Shown: positions 48,641 to 54,913 of the stretch, piece after piece
Layout of the letters: every line of letters starts with the position of its first letter
How positions within the stretch are numbered: the stretch's first letter is position 1
IMG/VR virus record: IMGVR_UViG_3300021425_003774
Span: 1-54,913 of that record
DNA length: 54,913 nucleotides
From: a virus
Taxonomy: Duplodnaviria; Caudoviricetes
Direction: 5' to 3' (one strand)
Program-made: the position numbers and the translations under genes
The notes under the pieces: model-generated
Told to the model about the DNA's origin: nothing
The model's input: the letters and a program-made list of their open reading frames with translations, nothing else
The model's database searches: none

Positions 48641-49241
48641 TTTATTACTAGGATTGTTTTTATTAGCAGTTCCAGTAGAAGCATATGTTCCAAAAGACCC
48701 ATTTATTTCTGAACTCTCAGAAGCACGAAAAGAACTTATCAGAATGGGGCATACAGCTCCTTACAATGAATTAACAGTACGAAGAGTCGTTGTTGGTAAG
48801 GCAAGAATAATGCCGAATGGTGCAATCATTACATTACCTCATGGTCCTGATATGGTTCCCTCTTTTTACGCCTTACAATACGATCCAAAATGGCAAGTAA
48901 AAAAAGAACCTGATTATACAATATCTTATTGGTCCGACAGAGAAAAACGAATGATAGATATTTTATTTTTCTCTGCTCAAATACTTGATGTTTATTCAAC
49001 TTATCGTGGATTAAAATACGAATGTATCACTGAAGCAAATCCTTTATTACCTCAAGTACCTGACCTAACAGAATTAATAGGATTAAAACTTGTTGTCATT
49101 GGTGGATTTAAAAATTGGATTGAAGCCGATGAAAATTTTTGGTATGGGTGGAAGCTCGGAGCAGGAATGACAACAGGTATGGTTACAGTAAATAACTTTA
49201 GGCTTTTGAAAAAAGCACAAAAGCAATGTAGAAGAAGATAA
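48612..49241 (+). CDS. Hypothetical membrane/exported protein
   Basis: Signal-like N-terminus; LDVYSTY.GL...EANPL motif; hydrophobic helices. Confidence 0.6.
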   Translation: MEFLSRPLSSLLLGLFLLAVPVEAYVPKDPFISELSEARKELIRMGHTAPYNELTVRRVVVGKARIMPNGAIITLPHGPDMVPSFYALQYDPKWQVKKEPDYTISYWSDREKRMIDILFFSAQILDVYSTYRGLKYECITEANPLLPQVPDLTELIGLKLVVIGGFKNWIEADENFWYGWKLGAGMTTGMVTVNNFRLLKKAQKQCRRR

Positions 49242-49265
49242 AAAAAGGTGGCCTTTCGACCACCT
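49240..49265 (-). terminator. Rho-independent terminator at a convergent junction
   Basis: Minus strand AGGTGGTC-GAAA-GGCCACCT followed by a T-run. Confidence 0.8.
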
Positions 49266-49288
49266 CAACCGGTTGGATTGCACTCAGG

Positions 49289-49399
49289 TTATGCAATCGT
49301 ACTTATGCTGTAAACCGTCATTCCCATAAAAATAGAAATTAACAAACACTCGATACAGATTTCACTATTGAGGGCAATCCGTTTTACGAATGCTCTCAT
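49289..49399 (-). CDS. Small hydrophobic peptide (36 aa)
   Basis: MRAFVKRIALNSEICIECLLISIFMGMTVYSISTIA with GAGGAAGGA RBS; read by hand. Confidence 0.55.
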   Translation of the reverse strand: MRAFVKRIALNSEICIECLLISIFMGMTVYSISTIA

Positions 49400-49481
49400 T
49401 TCCTTCCTCTAAATATTTTTAATATGCCGCCCAGGGTGCCAAGGTAATACCCAATACTTAAAGAATACTTTTAACATTTTT

Positions 49482-49574
49482 TTAAACACCAGGATTAACT
49501 CCCACTAAAGAAATCAAAAATATACTTACTAATGTAAATAATTCTAGTCCTTCTTTGATTTTTTCAAGCTTCAT
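49482..49574 (-). CDS. Small hydrophobic peptide (30 aa)
   Basis: MKLEKIKEGLELFTLVSIFLISLVGVNPGV; read by hand. Confidence 0.4.
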   Translation of the reverse strand: MKLEKIKEGLELFTLVSIFLISLVGVNPGV

Positions 49575-49665
49575 ACTTTTACCCGTTACGAAAAAAGATT
49601 TTTCTTTTCCCTATAAAAGTATATATAACCAGAATTGATAATCTATAATAAAAATATGATATATT

Positions 49666-49842
49666 TTACATGCTGTAAAAAATACCTTCTTCCTCTGCTA
49701 TACACTCATCATAAAACTTTTTAAGAGGTGCGTATTGATTACGAATCTGAACTGGCATTACACCACCAGAATCTATAACCCATTGTATTTCTCTTGCCAA
49801 TTTTCTTGCGAGTTGTATCTCCTTTAATATTCTTGCATCCAT
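49666..49842 (-). CDS. Hypothetical protein (58 aa)
   Basis: MDARILKEIQLARKLAREIQW...; follows the SnoaL-like gene; read by hand. Confidence 0.5.
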   Translation of the reverse strand: MDARILKEIQLARKLAREIQWVIDSGGVMPVQIRNQYAPLKKFYDECIAEEEGIFYSM

Positions 49843-49848
49843 AGTTGC

Positions 49849-50238
49849 CTATTGTTTGAACGCTGATATTGCTTTAATCTTAAGATCGTTAGTCAGCGTA
49901 ATTAAATCCACAACCTTAAGTGTTTCGTGATTTTCCGCGAAATCATTTGTTGGATCTGTTCCTTCAGTAATCACTTCAATAGTTAACAATGCACAAACAT
50001 TATTACCGTCAATAATGATCTCTTCAGGAATAGCGGTAATCCTTAATACAGAATTAAAGATTTGTTCATTAGCTCTACAGACAGGTAAAATACCTTCAGC
50101 AGATATATCCCAATCTGTCAAAGTAACATCTTTATCAAACATCTTTTCTAAGGTATCAATATCCTTATTACTAAATGCGTCAAAATATTTACGAATGACA
50201 TCTTCTCTTGTTGCAGATTCCATTAAGTACGCGCTCAC
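49849..50238 (-). CDS. SnoaL/NTF2-like protein
   Basis: YFDAFSNKDIDTLEKMFDKDVTLTDW...VVDLI...KIKAISAFK. Confidence 0.8.
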   Translation of the reverse strand: MSAYLMESATREDVIRKYFDAFSNKDIDTLEKMFDKDVTLTDWDISAEGILPVCRANEQIFNSVLRITAIPEEIIIDGNNVCALLTIEVITEGTDPTNDFAENHETLKVVDLITLTNDLKIKAISAFKQ

Positions 50239-50549
50239 TTTTCATTTCTCCAATCTTTAACCCATTTAGAACCATCACGTTCAGCGTCTAAAAATACTGC
50301 ATTTGTAAATGCCATAGGTAATAGAACTCCGATATGAACAATGATACTTGTAATAGTAGAATAACCTAACCATCCCATATAGTAAGATGCAACAAATCCA
50401 AAGTACACCGACCACATAGTAAACAATACCAACATAAAGTAGGTTTGTAAACTTGGATCTGGAATAAACCTCAAAGGATTATACTTGGCATTCATTACAA
50501 GTCTCCAACTATCCACGACAAATAAAATTGTCTTTTTCAATATATTCAT
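50235..50549 (-). CDS. Hypothetical membrane protein
   Basis: Two TM segments; coupled to neighbours. Confidence 0.7.
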   Translation of the reverse strand: MNILKKTILFVVDSWRLVMNAKYNPLRFIPDPSLQTYFMLVLFTMWSVYFGFVASYYMGWLGYSTITSIIVHIGVLLPMAFTNAVFLDAERDGSKWVKDWRNEK

Positions 50550-50866
50550 GCTACACTCCTTACATGTTTACAATCGCCGCGGAACTGAAATCCTTTACAG
50601 TTGCATTTACCGTCCACGATATAATATGTATTCCCATTACTACCTTTCACAGGAATACCGCCGAGATTATCTTTTTCTTGATAATCTCCAACCTTTACAA
50701 ACTTGCGTCTTGATTTAGAAAACTGTTTGATTGGTGTCTTATACACCTTAAGATCTCCACCAACAGGTTGATATGCAACAAGTTGTGTTTGACCATTTAC
50801 ATGATAGAAACCATTATGACAGTTATAGTCTCCCCAATCAGTTACTTCTTTCAAGATCTCAATCAC
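50546..50866 (-). CDS. SWIM zinc-finger protein
   Basis: VKGSNGNTY.....CNCKGFQFRGDCKH (CxC...CxH). Confidence 0.8.
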   Translation of the reverse strand: MIEILKEVTDWGDYNCHNGFYHVNGQTQLVAYQPVGGDLKVYKTPIKQFSKSRRKFVKVGDYQEKDNLGGIPVKGSNGNTYYIVDGKCNCKGFQFRGDCKHVRSVA

Positions 50867-51066
50867 TTCATAAACTCCACTAGAAAATTATCACCTTTTT
50901 TATTGATGTAATCTGTTCCAAGCCAAATAACTTTAACTGTCCAATACCATGCAGTAAAAAGTATAACTGGAATAAAGACAAGTATTACCTTACCTACATA
51001 TTTCCAATCAGCAGCTGAAGCAACGGCATCTAGGCCGTCATTAAAATATTCAATTAATGGTTTCAT
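50863..51066 (-). CDS. Hypothetical membrane protein
   Basis: One TM helix; coupled. Confidence 0.55.
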   Translation of the reverse strand: MKPLIEYFNDGLDAVASAADWKYVGKVILVFIPVILFTAWYWTVKVIWLGTDYINKKGDNFLVEFMK

Positions 51067-51281
51067 GTATTGTCTCCATCGAAATATTTTACTTTACTCT
51101 TATCAAATACTTTATGATAAGTCCTATTGAATAGTCCACCTTTTTCCCAAAGGAGTGGAAGCCTCTTTTTCTGATCTTTTTCGTTTGCCATGTGCAGTCC
51201 TAAGTATGTAAACAAAACTGCGAAAATCATAATGACGGCAATGAAAAGATTATTTACTAACGTCTCCATTATTTCACCCAT
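51063..51281 (-). CDS. Hypothetical membrane protein
   Basis: One TM helix; coupled; start may be 51269. Confidence 0.55.
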   Translation of the reverse strand: MGEIMETLVNNLFIAVIMIFAVLFTYLGLHMANEKDQKKRLPLLWEKGGLFNRTYHKVFDKSKVKYFDGDNT

Positions 51282-51499
51282 ACATGGTTATACTTTGAAG
51301 GATAATTTTCACAAGTGTAATTAAACCTTTCATCGTAATTGATTACTTTGACACATTCACCTGTTGAATGCGATATATGAACATCAGGAATTGATGCTAC
51401 TGAATTGGCAGCAAAGAGTCCGATACCTACTAAGATAACGAATCCTATTGCTCCTACAATAAAGTTTTCTAACTTTTTTAGTTCTTGGTCAAAATACAT
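51269..51499 (-). CDS. Hypothetical membrane-anchored protein
   Basis: TM helix, then PDVHISHSTGECVKV..C. Confidence 0.6.
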   Translation of the reverse strand: MYFDQELKKLENFIVGAIGFVILVGIGLFAANSVASIPDVHISHSTGECVKVINYDERFNYTCENYPSKYNHVWVK

Positions 51500-51996
51500 T
51501 ATGCTGCCTCCGTTAAATAAGTTTTAAGTTCAGTAGAAGATAGGATAAGATCATTATCCATAGTGAAGGAAGAAGAATAGAATTTCCTCTCCTGTCTTGG
51601 AAGCATAGTCCAAGTTTCAAATTTAGACTTAATCTCAGGCCTCATATAACCGAACTCACCATTCATAGTTCTCTTTTGAGCAATGAATCCATATTCGGCT
51701 TGAATGATATAAGTAGGAGTTTCCCACTCTTGAATGTGGTCCTCAAGTTTGAAGTCAGCATCATCGATGACTGACATGTCAAGAACGTACTCTTTTGAAG
51801 CATCGTTATAATACGTGACTAATGTCTCAAGCGTATCCCAGAAAGATGAAGATTGCGCTTGCTCAGCGGTCACATCCTCAACAATGTATGTATCACCACC
51901 CTTGAACTTCCAGTACGCATCAGCGCCTGTACCTAACGAGCCGTCCTCGTTCCAAGCATAGTTTTCACAATATTGAGTTTGAATAACGATTTTCAT
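51499..51996 (-). CDS. Hypothetical phage protein
   Basis: Start moved to MKIVIQTQYCENY after the AAGGAAGGA RBS; YWKFKGGDTY motif. Confidence 0.7.
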   Translation of the reverse strand: MKIVIQTQYCENYAWNEDGSLGTGADAYWKFKGGDTYIVEDVTAEQAQSSSFWDTLETLVTYYNDASKEYVLDMSVIDDADFKLEDHIQEWETPTYIIQAEYGFIAQKRTMNGEFGYMRPEIKSKFETWTMLPRQERKFYSSSFTMDNDLILSSTELKTYLTEAA

Positions 51997-52025
51997 AATT
52001 CCTTCCTTTTCCAATTTATAGAACA

Positions 52026-52054
52026 ATTATACTCTATATCATAATGAATGTCAA
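52026..52054 (-). promoter_or_regulatory. Early sigma70-type promoter
   Basis: TTGACA-17-TATAAT. Confidence 0.85.
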
Positions 52055-52093
52055 TAGTTTTTATGAAAATAAACTAACTTTTTTCACCATTGA

Positions 52094-53110
52094 TTAGATC
52101 TTTACTGAATCTGTATCAATGTCGGCCATAAATCCTTCTGGATTCACATTACCGAGGACTATTTCGTTCTTCAGGTAATCTATCGTATCGTAAATAGCAT
52201 CCTGTATCGTCTTCTCAGGGACCCATCCTAATTCGTTTGCCTTATCAATATTGGCAAAAATTGTATGAGCTTCTCCATTGATCTCTGGCATCATATCGTA
52301 TTCCAAAGCATCTACTGAGATTTCGTCTTTCAAATAGTCGAAGATGATCTCCGATATTTCGTATAGAGAATGACTTTGATTCATACCTAAGTTATATGTC
52401 TGATTAATAGTTCTTTCATCAGTTAGGCATTGTAGGTGGAACTTATTTACGTCATCGACATGAATAAAATCTCGTCTACGTGTACCGTCTCCAAATATGA
52501 TTGGATTATTACCACCTAATAGTCTAAGTGCAACTCCTGCGAATAGAGGAGGTACAGTTCTCTTATAGTCTTGAATCGGTCCTGCGATATTAAAATACCT
52601 TAGAGCAGTATACTTCAATCCTCTTGTCCTTGCATAACTATCTGCTATCAAAGCAACTGCTGCTTTTGAAGCTGCATAGAATGTTGTAGGATCTGATTGA
52701 GATTCTTCGTAACCGGTCTCAGGTAGTTCAACATTTTCATATACGGCTGATGTCTCTGAAAAGATAACTCTGTCACATCCACACTCAAGTGCTGCATTAA
52801 ATACATTAATAGAACCAATGATATTGTTCTCTGCTGCAAGTTTAGGATTATTATGACAGTCGTAAATAGATACTAAACCACCAAAGTGAAATACCACATC
52901 AGGCTTTTCAATACGCATGATATTTGTAATATCGTATGTGTCACGAATATCTGCTTTGTAGAATTTACTTGCTTGGTCATGAAACTCATCAACATATACC
53001 GATTGAGCAAGATTATCAACTAAGACAACTTCATGCCCGTTTGCATTAAGCATAGGAAGTAAATTAGTACCTACGAATCCTGTGCCACCCGTAATAAGAA
53101 TTTTACTCAT
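52094..53110 (-). CDS. NAD-dependent nucleotide-sugar epimerase/dehydratase (GalE-like)
   Basis: ITGGTGFVG, YAASK, LRYFNIAGP, GDG...RDFIHVDDV. Confidence 0.92.
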   Translation of the reverse strand: MSKILITGGTGFVGTNLLPMLNANGHEVVLVDNLAQSVYVDEFHDQASKFYKADIRDTYDITNIMRIEKPDVVFHFGGLVSIYDCHNNPKLAAENNIIGSINVFNAALECGCDRVIFSETSAVYENVELPETGYEESQSDPTTFYAASKAAVALIADSYARTRGLKYTALRYFNIAGPIQDYKRTVPPLFAGVALRLLGGNNPIIFGDGTRRRDFIHVDDVNKFHLQCLTDERTINQTYNLGMNQSHSLYEISEIIFDYLKDEISVDALEYDMMPEINGEAHTIFANIDKANELGWVPEKTIQDAIYDTIDYLKNEIVLGNVNPEGFMADIDTDSVKI

Positions 53111-53222
53111 CGTCCATTACCTCGGTTGCTTTTTCTTTAATTTTTTCTACGATCTCAATGAGCTGCTCAATTTCAGATGCATCTCTATCGGTATCAAGTT
53201 CTACTTCAATTTTAATCTTCAT
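53103..53222 (-). CDS. Small hypothetical protein (39 aa, MKIKIEVELDTDRD...)
   Basis: Read by hand; coupled to both neighbours. Confidence 0.55.
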   Translation of the reverse strand: MKIKIEVELDTDRDASEIEQLIEIVEKIKEKATEVMDDE

Positions 53223-53572
53223 GATATCTTCCTATCCTTCCACATTGAATCTGATAGGTATCTATGAATATAGACATCGACAGCTCCAGCATTTTCCATT
53301 CCACCAATCACATCTCCGTGGTATGTATAACCTCTGAGTTGACCTGTTCTATGGTGTCTTATTTTATTGATTGGCTTTCTGCCTTTCAAAGATGTTCTGT
53401 ACCTAAGAGGATATCCTCTTGCGTCCCTTGCATCGTAATACTTAAGATCTTTATTAACTTGCTTAACAAGACTCTTAATAGTTTCTACCTCAAGCATATC
53501 ACCTGCACATTGCGTACTAAATGTTCCTACATAGGCATCTGTTCTCACTTTTCCGTTTTTATCAAATTTCAT
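53219..53572 (-). CDS. Hypothetical protein
   Basis: GGAG RBS after an early promoter. Confidence 0.7.
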   Translation of the reverse strand: MKFDKNGKVRTDAYVGTFSTQCAGDMLEVETIKSLVKQVNKDLKYYDARDARGYPLRYRTSLKGRKPINKIRHHRTGQLRGYTYHGDVIGGMENAGAVDVYIHRYLSDSMWKDRKIS

Positions 53573-53603
53573 AATAACTCCAATTATTTTAATTTATACA
53601 GCT

Positions 53604-53632
53604 ATTATACAATAGTTCTTTATGAATGTCAA
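53604..53632 (-). promoter_or_regulatory. Early sigma70-type promoter
   Basis: TTGACA-TTCATAAAGAACTATTG-TATAAT, one mismatch to the 36350 and 38542 copies. Confidence 0.87.
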
Positions 53633-53671
53633 TAGCTGTGATAAATTAAAATCCATGAAAGTGGAAGCTGC

Positions 53672-54628
53672 TTACGCAGCCTCCGCCATTTCAACCGCAA
53701 GATTGAGAGCATCAAGCTTTCTCTTTGCGTTATGTCCGAACCAAGCAGCAGCAGCTCTTGTATCCGCAGACCTACCCATTTCGTGGTCAGTCATATAGGT
53801 TACTGAGTTGTAAGCATTCCACCATGTTCCTGGTGACATATCAGCTCCTGGCTGAGTATCAACGATTTCCAATGCACGTTCAGCAGTTCTTGATAGAACC
53901 TTACCTTCTTGATTAGAAGTACCGAATACTTGAGCAAGGAATGTCTTGTAAGCAGAATCAGAATACCTTTTTGAAGAAAGGAATTCAGCAGCTTCTTGAA
54001 ATTGCTCTACACGATTATGAGAGATACCAAGTAACTCTTTAACCATATCAGCATTGAAGTGATTTCTATGAGACAGCCTTACTGCAGGTTGACCTCTTTC
54101 AGTTAAAGCCATAGACAGAGTATTATTACAAACAACTCTTGTCATTACGAACTTAACATCAATAGACTTACCATATACATGAGGATTTGAAAATAAAAGA
54201 TAACCTTTTACTTGATCGTCATTTTTAAGGGTAAATCCATCTTTGACATCAGCAGCCGCAAAGACCATTTGACCGTCCTTTAGACTACCTGCGGTGTCCA
54301 TCACCATATCACCATTTGCTACGAATTCATTAAAGAACTCAAAAGCTTCTAAATTTTGACAAGGTTTCCAGTTACCTGAAACATTCGTCAAGATCTTGCC
54401 GTCAGTATCTCGTACCAAAGCCTCTTGACCTGTCTCAACTTTTTCACCGTTGATTTCAACAAAAGACTTCTTCTTAGAAACTGTCCAATCAAGATTAGCA
54501 GCTTGCATCATTTCTATCGGAGTCATATCATCCGATACCGGAACACCAAGACCGTGCCAAGGGATTCCTTTACTTTCACGATAAGCCATTGCAGCTACAC
54601 CGTTTACCATTTCTAATTCATGTGCCAT
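53672..54628 (-). CDS. DUF932/DUF945 family phage/plasmid protein
   Basis: MAHELE...PWHGLG, LDWTV, QN.EAF.FF, TAGSL, RVVCNNTL, GTWW.AYN.VT...DH. Confidence 0.85.
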   Translation of the reverse strand: MAHELEMVNGVAAMAYRESKGIPWHGLGVPVSDDMTPIEMMQAANLDWTVSKKKSFVEINGEKVETGQEALVRDTDGKILTNVSGNWKPCQNLEAFEFFNEFVANGDMVMDTAGSLKDGQMVFAAADVKDGFTLKNDDQVKGYLLFSNPHVYGKSIDVKFVMTRVVCNNTLSMALTERGQPAVRLSHRNHFNADMVKELLGISHNRVEQFQEAAEFLSSKRYSDSAYKTFLAQVFGTSNQEGKVLSRTAERALEIVDTQPGADMSPGTWWNAYNSVTYMTDHEMGRSADTRAAAAWFGHNAKRKLDALNLAVEMAEAA

Positions 54629-54650
54629 AGTTATACTCCTTTTCCATTCA

Positions 54651-54809
54651 TTAGTTATTAAATTTCTCAGTCCAAGCTTTGAAGATCTCGAAAGATTCTC
54701 CTTTGCTCAAACCAAACTCATCTTGAAGCACCTTGGGAGCGCCGAACATATTAATAGTTCCGCTCTCTCGTAGTGCATCCAAAAACTCAAAATATTCATT
54801 AAGCGACAT
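54651..54809 (-). CDS. Small hypothetical protein (52 aa)
   Basis: FLDALRESGTINMFGAP motif; read by hand. Confidence 0.65.
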   Translation of the reverse strand: MSLNEYFEFLDALRESGTINMFGAPKVLQDEFGLSKGESFEIFKAWTEKFNN

Positions 54810-54912
54810 CAGAAAGAACTCCTGTAATTCCTAGTAACTTGAAACCCCAATCACAAACAATGTAATGATCTCCTGTGTCCTTCTCTACGATGATATCACC
54901 GACTGAAGTACT
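54799..54912 (-). CDS. Partial hypothetical protein (5' end outside window)
   Basis: ...STSVGDIIVEKDTGDHYIVCDWGFK... Confidence 0.5.
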   Translation of the reverse strand, partial: STSVGDIIVEKDTGDHYIVCDWGFKLLGITGVLSDVA

Positions 54913-54913
54913 G

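Noticed and set aside
39263-49241. Host chromosomal contamination or prophage flank
   Set aside because: It is flanked by phage early cassettes, carries T4 late promoters and has phage-like gene coupling. Read-level confirmation is still advisable.
34476-53632. CRISPR array from the repeated 30-38 bp sequence
   Set aside because: The copies are irregularly spaced hundreds to thousands of bases apart and are -35/-10 promoters; no cas genes.

Overview
This window is part of a large, AT-rich T4-like myovirus genome, probably aquatic (inference). It has four blocks. (1) 1-33.9 kb, + strand, late genes: a giant tail fibre truncated by the window start (>=3,874 aa, C-terminal S74 chaperone), a cluster of sugar/modification enzymes, three paralogous fibre-like genes, then gp13-gp23 with TATAAATA late promoters. 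(2) 34.0-39.0 kb, - strand: sigma70 promoter cassettes, hemC directly behind tRNA-Glu(TTC), an ORF-free ~660-nt highly structured RNA with its own promoter and terminator-like end, a DenV-like glycosylase and tRNA-Leu(TAA). (3) 39.2-49.2 kb, + strand, behind a T4 late promoter: two small membrane proteins, csgF, csgG, two curlin-repeat proteins flanking a FecR-domain protein, hemE, a GT2 glycosyltransferase plus PlcP-like metallophosphoesterase, and a CHASE2 class III cyclase. (4) 49.3-54.9 kb, - strand: early small ORFs, an epimerase and a DUF932 protein. The best candidates for new biology are the curli/FecR/CHASE2-cyclase/PlcP island and the large ncRNA-tRNA-Glu-hemC unit. All family calls come from motif recognition by eye; no searches were run.
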